Shown one piece after another: positions 25,201 to 38,000 of a DNA stretch of 64,000 bases; the stretch's first letter is position 1; the number at the start of each line of letters is the position of its first letter. Below the pieces are notes generated by a model. That model ran no database searches and was not told the DNA's origin. It saw nothing but the letters and a program-made list of their open reading frames with translations. A program made the position numbers and the translations under genes. Source of the DNA: Octopus vulgaris. Its lineage: Eukaryota. Location: positions 32,302,001-32,366,000 of the forward strand of contig OX597814.1 in NCBI GenBank assembly GCA_951406725.2, in the 5' to 3' direction.

Positions 25201-27602
25201 TTTTGTGCCCGCATCCAGTTCTGATCCAGTTCTGATTAGCATGTCAGATAAAGGAGTCAGAAAAGGAGTGACAAGAGCGTGTCTCCCTGGAATGTTCCTC
25301 TTCTAATGGGGATCGCTTTGGTTTTTAAAAGTGCCTCTTTTGTTTGGAGCTGTAGCACTGTCTGCCATTTATTCATGGAATGTGTTATATATTTTATGAT
25401 AACTGGTGCTAACTTGTTCATGGCTAGTGTTTCTAGGATCCATGTCTGGGGAATACTGTCAAAAGCCTTTCGGTAATCGATGCAGGCCATACTTAGACTC
25501 TTCCTCTTTCTGTAACTGTCTTCAGTTATGCTTTAGTGATCATTAATTGGTCTTTACAACCATATGTGCCCTTGCAGCATCCCTTCTGCTCTTCTGTAAG
25601 CAGGTTGTTATATTCCAGATGCTTGCTCATTCTCCGCGATATTATTGCAGTAAAGGCTTTGTAAACAGTATGAAAACAAGTTATTGGCCTGTAGTTGTAT
25701 GTGTTTGCCGTTTCAGTCGATTTGAGAATTAGGTTAGTTTTCCCTTCCGTGAGCCATTCAGGCATTGTCTCTGGCTCTGCTAGTATTTCATTAAATTTCT
25801 TGGCCAGCTTTTTATGTGTTCCTGTCAGATATTTTAACCAGAAGTTGGGGATCTTATTGTGCCCGGGTGCCTTCCAGTTGCTTAGTTTTTGCAGTGCCTG
25901 GGTGACCTCTTCAGTTGTTATAGGGGTCCAAAGTTGTTCAGGTGCTGAGTTCGTTGTTTTGATAGATCTTTTCTGAGGTTTTACCTTCGCCGACTATATT
26001 TCTTTCCAAAATTATTCCACTTCTTCTGCTGTTGGTGCTGCATTGATATCTATTTTATTTTTGCCAAGTTCTTGGTAAAATCCTTTTGGAGTTGGAGTTG
26101 AACTGTTTGTTTTGTTCAAAGAAACGTTGGCGTTTCTCATACCGGTGGTTACTTGGTGCTTTGGCAAGGATATCTTGCTTTAGCTCTTCTTTTACCTCAG
26201 GTAAATCTTTTTCTGTAACTTTGTATTTAGACAGTAGTTTTGTTCTCTTCTTGTTGATTAGCAGTGTTGATTGTCAACTAGTTTCGTTAAGGATTGACAG
26301 ATCTTTTCTCTTGTTTTCTATTTTTTCTAGTTATTATTTATCTACAGGATTTGTTTGGGTGGTAGTTCTCCTGTTTGGATGGGTTTGAGGGAGTATTCAT
26401 CTTCTTTTGTGGCCACAGTGGCTGCTTCATATATTATATCATTTATTTGTTGATATTGACATTTGTTTCTGTGGCTATCACTTCTGTAACGGCAAGGTTC
26501 ATGCTATTTCTTATTGATGTTGTTTTAGTATCAATTGTAACTTTTGGGAGGTACAATCTGTGGTCCGTACTGAGATCTGTGACTTTCAGGTCTTTGATTA
26601 TGCTGATTTTTAGAGTATCATAATCATTAGATTCACCTTCACTGTTTCCAGGTTTTAGATTCGTTTCGTATTCCCTCCCGTTCATTTTTTTTTCTTTTTT
26701 TTTTCTCTGCGGTTTTCTGGTTTGGTGCATTTTGCTCATCATTATACATTTTCCCGGTCTGGGTTTGTTGTCTTTCGTTGTTTACTTCGCTTTTGTTGGA
26801 AATGTTAGGTCTGTCTGCGTGCTTTGATATTATTTGGTATTGATATTATGATATTATTTGTTATTGCTGTGTGGTTACTATCTACATTTTCCTGATGTAT
26901 TTTTCATTTTAAGTGTTCTATTTCTACATCTGATATTTTTTGTTTTAAGAATATATCTCTGTATGTTAACTATGCATCCATGTCTTTATCTAGATTATTT
27001 TTCTTCTAGATTATATATATGTTGTGGTGTTTTTGTTCTTTTGGGTAGAGCACTGCTGTAAAATAAACGTGTAGGATTGTAATATATTCCTCACGTGTCC
27101 ATTTATGCTGTTTTTGATTTTACATGCGGGGCATGAGGAAAAACGTCCGGCCCTTTATTTTGAGGGTCATCATTTACGTAGGGTAAGGGTCCGTTCATTT
27201 CTCGTGTTATATGGTTTTACATGTGTAGTTTTTTGTACATTTTGTGTAACAAGTTTAAAGTATTCCAGATTGTTATTCTTGGGTTGAGTAATACCGGTAT
27301 TATTTAATTATGCTTTAATAATTTTTTTTTGCATGGTGCATGGGGACAGAGATGGTCTGGTTTTGATTGGATCGTAATGTGGCGAGCGTGTTTACATGTA
27401 CTGTGCGAGCAATGGAAATGATATACAGTTAAAATACATAATTTTGTTTGGAAAAGAAATAAATTTCAATGAGTATTACTTACTCGGATATAGTCCAACA
27501 CTTCGTCAGTTACTTTTGGCCCTATGTGATGCCTTTATTCCTGATGTTTTTGGATAGATTTCGGAGCAGCGTTTTATCGTTCTCACGTGTTAAACGTCCA
27601 CC

Positions 27603-27604
<2 letters not shown>
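25200..27604 (-). pseudogene. R4/Dong-type retrotransposon, 5' half (N-terminus plus RT domains), disrupted
   Basis: MPEWLTEGKT..NYRPITC..EEQKGC..GCKDQL; IDYRKAFDSIP; RRGTFQGDTL; ends in a (TAT)n/(TGT)n tract. Confidence 0.85.
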
Positions 27605-27667
<63 letters not shown>

Positions 27668-27716
27668 CATTATTATTATTATCATTATTATTGTTCTTGT
27701 TATTGTTGTTGTTATT

Positions 27717-27785
<69 letters not shown>

Positions 27786-27840
27786 GCTGCTGCTGCTGCT
27801 GTTGTTGTTGTTATTATTATTATCATTATCATTATTATTG
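27605..27840. repeat. Compound (TAT)n/(TGT)n/(TGC)n microsatellite
   Basis: Direct inspection. Confidence 0.95.
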
Positions 27841-29432
27841 CCAAACAAATATGTGAAGTGAAATCACATTTCAGTAGTAAGAGAAATAAAATTTGAAGAT
27901 TTAGTTTGTACTTGAATATTATATTTATATTTCGTAGAGAATGAACGAAGCATGACAAAATATGCAAAAAATATATCTTCAAAGGCTTTCGTAGATCAGA
28001 CTTGAGTGACTCCAATACATAAACGTCACTAATTAAAAACCACTGTAGATTAAGGGACTTTACGGGCAATGTTCACAATGAAATTCGACATCGTAAAACA
28101 TCATTTCATTCTCATTGTAAGTGAATTACAAACATTTACTTATATTTGTATTCGAAATTCCAAATGCAGAGTGAAGTAAATTATCCATTGTTGCAGAAGA
28201 TAGGAGTCTTTGACGTAGAATAGGAGATTGGAAGAATAAATTAAAGCTTCCAATAGAGGCAAGATGTCACCAGATAATCTTTGCAATATTTTAGAATAAC
28301 TATGGCATCTATAATGAACAAAAATACCTGGAAGCGTTAGAATCCTTAAAAGCAAACGAGGTCTACCGGGAATTATAGATTAGAAAGAAACAGTATCAGA
28401 GAAAATCAGTTTATTTTTAACTACACCTTTGAAAATAATTGCCCAAAAATTCATAGGACTATGCGCAGTAATAACGTTAGAAAAGATATGATACCTACTT
28501 GAGGAAAATGAAGACCAAAAAAAATTATTTTGTGAATATATGAGAAAAATAATCTAAGTACGACAAAATATAATTGTTTAGATGACTATATGAGAACAAT
28601 AGAAACTTGAAAAACACTATTTCCTCAAAGCATTACACTGTGTGATTTAAGATTACTCCTGATCAGCTTTAAAATACTCTATTATTGAACGAGTCTTTCC
28701 TCTCTTAAACCAGTAGCTTGTGTCTTGATAGAAATATTTGGCTGTTTTTCTATCAAACTGAGTGATATCATTTATTATTTTTTTATCGCTGTGGGAATGA
28801 GAATAAGAAACTAACATTTTGTCAGATTAAAATTCAAAACAACTGACCGATAAATGAGACGTGCTACTCGTGCAGTTCAACGCTCAACATCCGTTTCTGA
28901 TCCGTTAAACTGGAATTTAGCTGTTCTAAACACCATTATGCTTTAAAATTAGAATAAGATATTGCACTTTAAGTTTGACTTGCAAAACTGTACATCTCTT
29001 GAAGAGAAGATTATATAGGACTACTGAGAGTCAGGAAACAGTTTTAGACCGCAGTTACACTATCGATCACAACTTTCTCATTCTACAATAAATCCTGCTA
29101 CGGACTTATATAATCTTCACGCTAAATACAGTAAACTAACTACATCTGGTGCAGAAAAAATTCTCACAAGCTAAACAGCTAAAATCTAAATATAACACAA
29201 TAACAAAAGTAAATATATTTTATAACATCTACGTTGAAAAACTTTAGAAAATATATACCTTTACATGAGCAGAGATTTCGTGAACCGAACAAATGCCCAT
29301 CCACTCAGAAACCTAAATCTGGTCCACCCTGATTAGGAGCAACAAAATAACGACATTTGCAAAACAGGAAGAGGTCGATATTACTAGATACAAATGATAG
29401 GATGTCTATAATTCATATAATATTGTTAACTT

Positions 29433-29664
29433 TTTTCTTTACTACTCACAAGGAGCAAAACACAGAGGGGACAAACAAGGACAGACAAACGGATTAAGTC
29501 GATTATATCGCCCCCAGTGCGTAACAGGTAATTATTTAATCGATCCCGAAAGGATGAAAGGCAAAGTCGACCTCGGCGGAATTTGAACTCAGAACATAAT
29601 GGCAGACTGAATACGACTCCGCATTTCGCCTGGCGTGCTAACGTTTCTGCCAGCTCGCCGCCTT
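29433..29664 (-). mobile_element. SINE family B monomer with target-site duplication
   Basis: Head ggcggcgagctggcagaaacgttagcacg, B box gagttcaaattcc; TSD tataatattgttaactt on both sides; the central gtcgactttgcctttcatcctttc resembles the Meta/MESC-type SINE domain (from memory, unverified). Confidence 0.9.
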
Positions 29665-30699
29665 TATAATATTGTTAACTTAATAACAAAGTTCGCAAAC
29701 GTTTTCTTATGTTGAACATTAGATCCAATTAAATAAAGCAGGAAAGACAACGACAAAATGTAGATATTTTACATACGCTTGACGATGTTGATTCAAATTT
29801 TAATAGAAAAATTTTTCGTTGTACTTATCTGAACTTGCATGTAACTTGGAATGTTACAATTTGAAGTTACTATGAAACTCTAGCAGACATCAGAAAATAG
29901 TACAATATAGAGCTGACATTATCTTCCAGGCTAAAAATTAAAATAGCAATAATGAATCACAATAGGTGTTGTACAGAAGTCTTATCAGTAAATGAATTAA
30001 AAACTAAGCTAGCTAAGGATTATGACCATCATCGTAAAGTAATAAGTAGAAGTGGAATGGACAATGTCACTTCTGTAATTATATCAAAAGGTTATTTACA
30101 ATGATCTCTTAGAGAGAAAGACCTCAATTCTAGGTACTGTAAACGTTGACAGCACGCTTTTACAAATATTTTGTTATTATTTGTATGCACGTTGTTGCGA
30201 TTTATATCATTCTATTTGATGCAACGAAGAAAAAGAATTTGTTAATCACTTAATCCATGAATAATTAATAATAATGAGTTCTGATTTAGGCCTAATTCCA
30301 TCGGTTTTTAGGGAAGGGAGCTAGTAGAGAACTCGACCCCAACATTTGCTTTGTGTTTTATTAAATCAGCACCAGAGTGATGAAAGGCAAAGTTTACCTC
30401 TACGGGATTTGGTCTTAGAATCATTCATATGAGACGGAACAAATGCTGCAAAGTGTTTTTCTGACGCTCTAACGATTCTGTTAGCTTTCGGATAAATTCT
30501 TTTTAATTTTGGCACAAGGCCAGTGATTTTGAAGGAAAAGATTCAACCGATTACATCGCCCTCCCCTTACAGTACTTGACTTTTATTTATTTAATTGACT
30601 GCAGAAGGAGGAAAGATAAAGTTGGCCACGATAGAATTTCAACTCAAAGCATAATGAGTCGGAAGAAATACCACCTTAATTTTTGAATAACTGATAATT

Positions 30700-31330
30700 C
30701 TTATTCTTTTCTACTCTAGGCACAAGACCTGAAATTTGTGGGGAGGGGGCCAGTCGATTAGATCGACTCAGTACACAACTGGTACTTAATTTATCGACCC
30801 CGAAAGGATGAAATGCAAAGTCGTCCTCGACGAAATCTGAACCCAGAACGTAAAGACAGACGAAATACAAATTTTTTTAAAATTTCCTACAAGAGGAAAC
30901 GGCTAAGCATTTCGCCCGGCGTGCTAACGTTTCTTATCTCTTTACTGCCCACAATGGGCTACACACAGAGGGGACAAAGAAGGACAGACAAACGGATTAA
31001 GTCGATTATATCGATCCCAGTGCGTAACTGGTAATTATTTAATCGACCCCGAATGGATGAAAGGCAAAGTCGACCTCGGCAGAATTTGAACTCAGAACGT
31101 AGCGGCAGAAGAAATACCTATTTCTTTACTATCCACAAGGAGCTAAACACAGAGAGGACAAACAAGGACAGACAAACGGATTAAGTCGATTATATCGACA
31201 CCAGTGCGTAACTGGTACTTATTTAACCGAACCCGAAAGGATGAAAGGCAAAGTCAGAACGTAACGTCAGATGAAATACCGCTAAGCATTACGCCCGGCG
31301 TGCTAACGTTTCTGCCAGCTCGCCGCCTTA
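30700..31330 (-). mobile_element. SINE family B cluster including a tandem multimer
   Basis: Three or more partial or complete B cores; junction gaaatacctatttc at about 31111. Confidence 0.85.
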
Positions 31331-32012
31331 TTCTTATTACAGAGGGAAAATCTAAACTATTTATAACATTTTATGTGATGATATTTCTGAAGATAATATT
31401 GAGTGTTGTGATGGTAATAATAATTTCGTGAAAGAATACAAAAAGGGCCTTTCTTGCCCTTCGCGTAAATTTTACAAGGCAACAACTGTTTGAACACAAC
31501 TTCATTACACCTGTTAGTATGGTTAGCATGGATGTAGAGATAAAAAAGTACCGCAAACCATTTTCTCCAACTTTTTATCAATTGTAAAAATCTATTGTGC
31601 TCGACTATTGCTTTATTTTATCGATCCTACATAGATTAAATTCAAAGTTGACCGCGAAGACATTTGACCACAGGATGTAAAGAATCAGAACAAATTATAC
31701 TACAAAGCATTTTATCCGGCTCTTTAACAGCTCTTGCATTCACCGGCTTCAAATTACACCGAAAACTCTTAGAAAGGAAACGGATATCATACAATAAGGT
31801 GATCATCGATATTCTTAAAAATGAAAGTGTGGTAATAGTTGAAGCATGATAGATGTGCATGATCACTTTTGTGCTGGTATGAACTGCAGTAGTTGCCGCA
31901 ACAATGAGAACACTTGATATTGTAGCCTTTTGGTTTCCTGCCATAGGAAAACAGGACGAAAGGGTTTGGATTGGACAGAGAATAAACTACAACTAAGATA
32001 ACATATCTATAT

Positions 32013-32360
32013 ATGTACATTATTTACATTATCCACATTTGACGGATATTTGTCCTCTTCTTGTTTGTTGTTAACACAACATTTCGGCTGATATACACTC
32101 CAAGCCTTCATCACGTGTCTTGGGGAGATTTAAAACCTGGGTTCTCATTCCTAAGGTACTTTTCAATGTTATTATTATTATTAGTAGTAGTAGTAGTAGT
32201 AGCAGTAGTAGTATTCAAGTCACTGTCCGGAATCGAACCCAGAATCTTGGGTTTAGTAGCCCGCGCTCTTAACCACAACGCCATATAAGGACAAATATCC
32301 GTCAAATGTAAATAATGTAAATAATGTACATAATTCCTCATCTCTTAAATACAGAACTGT
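32013..32360 (-). mobile_element. tRNA-headed element with hammerhead-bearing PLE-type tail and inverted terminal copy
   Basis: tRNA-like head 32217-32286 (-), (TAC)n/(AAT)n spacer, degenerate HHR 32073-32119 (-), 44-bp inverted repeats 32013-32056 and 32288-32331 (2 mismatches). Confidence 0.7.
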
Positions 32361-32366
32361 AATAGC

Positions 32367-32409
<43 letters not shown>

Positions 32410-32777
32410 ATAACTATATTCACATCCGCCTTTTATGCACGTGACTTTAAGTGGCATGTTCATCATTCAAAACAAGACACTAAATATTATATGCAGTTTC
32501 TTATTACGAAGACTACCAAATTCTTACTGCTTTTCATTTATTTGTTAAAGTCAATTGAGATATTGTCACTGCAGTTGTCGTACGTTTGGATCACTACAAT
32601 ATTGCTAGTAGTTTTCCTACTATATATCTCGGTAACTGGTGGACATTGCATACTAACAGATGACCAAATGCTTGTGAATATACATCCCGATAATTACTCT
32701 TTGACGTCAGTTGATTCGAGATTCTACACACACGTTCATGAATAGTCTTCTAATTTACAAACACTAAGTTGAGCTGC

Positions 32778-33082
32778 GGTGGAGGGACAATGGCCCAGTT
32801 GTTAGGGCAGCGGACTCGCGGTCGGAGGATCGCGGGTTCGAATCTCAGACCGCGCGATGTGCATCATTATGAGCGAAACACCTAAGCTCCACGCGGCTCC
32901 GGCAGAAGTTAATGGCGAACCTCTGCTGACTTTTCGCCACAACTTTTTTCTCACTCTTTCCTTCTGTATCTTGCAGCTCACCTGCGACGGACCGGCGTCC
33001 CGTCCAGGTGGGGAACCCATACGCCAAGGAAAGCGGAAAACCGACCCTATGAGCTAGGCGTGGCTCGAGAAGGAATAAACAA
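32778..33082 (+). mobile_element. SINE family C head with tail type 2
   Basis: Head as in the 4098 copy, then gcagctcacctgcgacggaccggcgtcccgtccagg...ctcgagaaggaa. Confidence 0.8.
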
Positions 33083-33182
33083 GTTGAGCTGCACACCACG
33101 AGAAACAAATGAACATGGATCGACAAAAGCAAATTAAACTGAAAGCGAAACGTAAAGAACCTACATTACAAATCTACATATA

Positions 33183-33596
33183 GGCGCAGGAGTGGCTGTG
33201 TGGTAAGTAGCTTGCTAACCAACCACATGGTTCCGGGTTCAGTCCCACTGCGTGGCATCTTGGGTAAGTGTCTTCTGCTATAGCCCCGGGCCAACCAAAG
33301 CCTTGTGAGTGGATTTGGTAGACGGAAACTGAAAGAAGCCTGTCTTATATATGTATATATATATATGTATGTTTGTGCATATGTTTATGTGTCTGTGTTT
33401 GTCCCCCTAGCATTGCTTGACAACCAATGCTGGTGTGTGTATGTCCCCGTCACTTAGCGGTTTGGCAAAAGAGACCGATAGAATAAGTACTGGGCTTACA
33501 AAGAATAAGTCCCGGGGTCGATTTGCTCGACTAAAGGCGGTGCTCCAGCATGGCCGTAGTCAAATGACTGAAACAAGTAAAAGAGTAAAAAGAGTA
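33183..33596 (+). mobile_element. SINE family A
   Basis: Full-length copy starting ggcgcaggagtggctgtgtgg. Confidence 0.92.
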
Positions 33597-33848
33597 TAGC
33601 AACACAATAGCGCTATGTCTAATGATGCGTGTCGAGGTCCTCAGTTGGTACAAATACAAGGAATAATCTGATCGATGATTCTGTATCTTTATACCTCGAT
33701 GTTAGAACAGTTACCTTTGTACCACAATCTACTAAAGTTGAACTACCGAAGATATCGCAACAGTATCAAGAAAACAACCAGACTCTCTTTAATCTTTTTT
33801 TTTTACATTATAGTTTTTTCCTACTTAACTGAGACTTCATAATTTTTT

Positions 33849-34108
33849 GGCGCAGGTGTGGCTGTGTGGTAAGTAGGTTGCTTATCAACCACTTGGTTCC
33901 GGGTTCATTTCCATTGCGTGGTAACTTGGGCAAGTGTCTTCTACTATAGCCTCGGGCGCCGATCAAAGCCTTGTGAGTGGATTTGGTAGACGGAAACTGA
34001 AAGAAGCCCGTCGTATATATGTATATGTGTACGTGTGTGTATATGTTTGTATGTCTGTATCTGTCCCCCACCCCAAGCATCGCTTGACAACCGATGCTGG
34101 TGTGTTTA
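33849..34108 (+). mobile_element. SINE family A, 3'-truncated
   Basis: Head and body only. Confidence 0.88.
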
Positions 34109-34273
34109 TAGTGACTTTGTACGAGATGATTATCAACTATATCATATACCTCCGGTATGTTTATCAATGCATAGACTTCTCGTTTGAATGCATTCCATTC
34201 CCTCTTCTCTATGTTTCTCTCATACTCTTTTTCTCACAACTTATCTTCTGCTCATTACTCTTACTCAGTCACT

Positions 34274-34305
<32 letters not shown>

Positions 34306-34385
34306 ACTTTCCTCTATTCCTCTCTCTCAATTCTTTTACATCCCATATCTCTACCTTTCTCCTGAACACATATATGAGTTATCTT

Positions 34386-34618
34386 AAGGCGGCGAGCTGG
34401 CAGAATTGTTAGCACGCCGGACGAAATGCTTAGCAGTATTTCGTCTGTCGTTACGTTCTGAGTTCAAATTCCGCTGAGGTCGACTTTGCATTTCATTCTT
34501 TCGGGGTCGATAAATAAAGTACCACTTACTTACTAGGGTCGATGTAATCGACTTAATCCCTTTGTCTGTCCTTGTTTGTCCCCTCTATGTTTAGCCTCTT
34601 GTGGGTAATAAAGAAATA
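34386..34618 (+). mobile_element. SINE family B monomer with target-site duplication
   Basis: TSD atatatgagttatct on both sides. Confidence 0.9.
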
Positions 34619-35129
34619 TATATGAGTTATCTACCACTATTTTCCAGATATTTATTCAAATATATCTATTACCTTTCAAATTTCAACTTGGCAGCTAAGT
34701 TCATCAGAGATCAAAAGGAGAGGCTAGAAAATACATCATGTTAAAGACAATATGTACAGAAATACTCTTCAAATCAATTTTCTTCATAATTACCTTTTAA
34801 AAATAATAAGCAGCGTTATTCATCAAAATTCTGTTTAAAAAATAGTAAGTTGATTTGTAAATGATTTAATTCTGAAAATCTTTTTAGGAACTGAAATAAT
34901 TTCACGCAAATAGAGACATCGTGATCATTAAAAATACAGATGAGTGCCTTACTGTATTCGGAAATATAAATTCAATTCCTACTTTATCAATATTTTATAT
35001 AAATAGCTATGAGATAATCGACTATCTACGACTTACTGCCATCTTTGTATCTTACTAAATGTATATACAGCTTTAGAAGGCATGTAGATGCGGAATTATC
35101 TGATATAAAATCTTATATATATCAATGTG

Positions 35130-35425
35130 TGGAGGCGGAATGGCCTAGTGGTTAGGGCAGCGGACTCGCGGTCGCAGGACCGCGGTTTCGATTCCCAGAC
35201 CGGGCGTTGTGAGTGTTTATTGAGCGAAAACACCTAAAAGCTCCACGAGGCTCCGGCAGGGGTGGTGATCCCTGCTGTACTCTTTCACCACTCTTTCTTC
35301 TGTTGGCCTGCTCGCTTAGCCAGCGGGGTGGCGTCATTTGAAGGCTAAAACAATGCGAACGCATTGTGAGCAGCGATGTGTAACAACATCTGATGGTCTG
35401 GTCGGTCCCGTGATCCCGTGATGTA
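35130..35425 (+). mobile_element. SINE family C head with tail type 3
   Basis: Head as in the 4098 copy; tail tgttggcctgctcgcttagccagc...ggtcccgtgatcccgtgat. Confidence 0.85.
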
Positions 35426-35749
35426 TCAATGTATATCGCAGCGAGACAAAGAGCTAATATTACGTTCACTGGTATTTCGGATCCTTAACAAGCTGCTTCT
35501 AATATATTGAGGCACGCATTTCGCTTAAGCAGGTGACAATTGAATGAAGGCGAAATGCATCTGTGGTTTTTGTGAATCACTGCAGTGATAATGCTCATCA
35601 CTTTCTCTGAAAAAAGTGTCGATGAAGAGATTTTTATCTCAGACAATTTCTCAGCTTCATGATTTCTGATGGTGTATTTGCATTTATGATGATATCCAGA
35701 TAGCAATTTTAATTTCATATTCTTTCCATTGAGTAAAACGTGACTATTA

Positions 35750-36153
35750 TACTCTTTTACTCTTTTACTTGTTTCAGTCATTTGACTGCGGCCATGCTGG
35801 AGCACCGCCTTTAGTCGAGCAAATCGACCCCGGGACTTATTCTTTGTAAGCCCAGTACATATTCTATCGGTCTTTTTTGCCGAACCGCTAAGTGACGGGG
35901 ACGTAAACACACCAGCATTGGTTGTCAAGCAATGCTAGGGGGACAAACACAGACACACAAACATATACATTCACATATATATATATATACATATATACGA
36001 CAGGCTTCTTTCAGTTTCTGTCTACCAAATCCACTCACAAGGCATTTGTCAGCCCGAGGCTATAGCAGAAGACACTTGCCCAAGTTGCCACACAGTGGGA
36101 CTGAACCCGGAACCATGGTAAGCAAGCTACTTACCACACATCCACTCCTGCGC

Positions 36154-36155
<2 letters not shown>
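35750..36155 (-). mobile_element. SINE family A
   Basis: Full-length reverse copy. Confidence 0.92.
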
Positions 36156-36224
<69 letters not shown>

Positions 36225-36244
36225 ATATATATATGTATATATAT

Positions 36245-37005
36245 ATCTCCCCTTCCCCTCCCCTTCTCTCCCCCTCTTCTCCCCCTCCCCTCTTCTCCCC
36301 TCCCCCTCTTCTCCTCACTACACCACATGACTTTACACATCACATCACATATGATGTGCCATACTAATACACACACCAACTAATACATACTAATACGTAC
36401 TAATACATACTAGTACATACTAATACTTACACCAACCCTATACATACACACGTCCAGACCCCGCATACGCACTTATACTCTCTCTCACACACACACACAC
36501 ACCTATACATACCAATACGTACTAATACATACTAATACATACTAATACATACACCAACCCCATACATACGCACGTCCATACCAATCTTACGCACTAATAC
36601 TCTCTCATACACACACACACACACACACACACCCTTATACATACTAATACATACACCAACCCTATACATACACACATCCAGACCCCTCCCACGCACTTTT
36701 AGCTGGTCCCTCAACCCACTTATCAACCCTATTATCTCCCCTTATTTCGCTCTCGCGTCTCATGTTTGATCTTTGACCTCTGGCCGAAATCAGATCGCCA
36801 TGTTGATTCGTTAGCTACTGCACGCATTTTTTTTCTCTCCTTCTTTCTGTGTTTTTCTCTCTCTGTGTATCTTTCTGTTGAAGAGCGTATGCTCGAAACG
36901 TTAAAGACTTGTTTTATTTATATTTCCTGAGCGCCATACTAATACAATTGTTCGTTTGTTTTCCACCTGCCTTCGTCTTTTGTTTATTTTCATAAAGCTT
37001 CCCGT
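36245..37005 (+). mobile_element. Probable non-autonomous PLE derivative inserted in (TA)n, with internal CATACTAATA minisatellite and variant hammerhead
   Basis: Bounded by (TA)n runs; HHR-like motif at 36870-36907. Confidence 0.5.
36870..36907 (+). ncRNA. Minimal hammerhead-like motif with A6 replaced by U
   Basis: UCUUU-CUGUUGA-A-GAGC-guau-GCUC-GAAAC-GUU-AAAGA; stems I and II perfect, palindromic AACGUU stem III. Confidence 0.6.
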
Positions 37006-37035
37006 TATATATATATATATATATATATATATGTT

Positions 37036-37070
<35 letters not shown>

Positions 37071-37432
37071 ATGTGTACATTTGTGCTTATGTTTGACCTC
37101 TACCACCACTTAACCACCGGTGTTGGTGTGTTTATGTCCCTTCAACTTAGCAGTTCGGGAAAATGACCGATAGAATAAGTACGCGATTTTAAAACAGAAA
37201 GTACTGGGGTCAATTCGTTCGACTACACTTCCCCCATGGTTGTGCCTCAGCATGGGCGCACTCTAATGATTGAAATATGTTAAAGAATGTAAACCTACTC
37301 CGACACATAAAACAAAACTTCTATCATTTACTAATGTTATCCTGCCAGACTACTGCAGCTAACACAGCTAATGCAACCACTACTCATAATTCTACAGCTG
37401 CTGATTGTTGCCAAAAACAGACGATGTTATAG

Positions 37433-37728
37433 TCTTCTTCTTCTTCTTCTTCTTTTTCTTCTTCTTCTTTTTCTTCTTCTTTTTCTTCTTCTTCGTCTTC
37501 TTCTTTTTCTTCTTTTTCGTCTTCTTTTCTTTTTCTTCTTCTTTTTCTTCTTATTTTTCTTCTTATTATTTTTCTTCTTCTTCTTCCTTTTATTCTTCTT
37601 TTTCGTCTTCTTCTTTTCCTTCTTTTTCTTCCTCTTCTTCTTTTTCTTCCTCTTCTTCTTCTTTCTTCCTCTTCTTCTTCTTCTTCTTCTTCTTCTTCTT
37701 CTTCTTCTTCTTCTTCTTCTTCTTCTTC
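37433..37728. repeat. Degenerate (CTT)n microsatellite
   Basis: Direct inspection. Confidence 0.95.
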
Positions 37729-38000
37729 CAACAGACTTCATCCTCCACTCCTTTTTCCCTTCCCCTACTTTTCTTTCTTCTTATTTTCCCTACCTCGTAT
37801 TCTCCTTTTCCATATAGTATTTTTTTGTTTTCTTTAATATTTTCGCTATATCACCCTCTTTTGCCTTTCGAATTCTTTCCCATTCTCTTGCCATTCGTTC
37901 TTCTTCTACGTCTATTACTTAAAATGTGTTATGTAATGAAATGGCACTTATTGACATGTAAAAGTTTCGTAAAGTATAGTTATTGAAATGCAAATGCAGT

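Noticed and set aside
27850-29400. A-rich strand-biased stretch resembling an old LINE
   Set aside because: No diagnostic motif readable.
32217-32286. Functional tRNA gene (and likewise the SINE heads)
   Set aside because: No complete acceptor stem or terminator; embedded in repeat bodies.
35485-35750. Non-repetitive open frame on the minus strand as a possible exon
   Set aside because: The frame begins inside a SINE; no recognisable protein or convincing splice sites.
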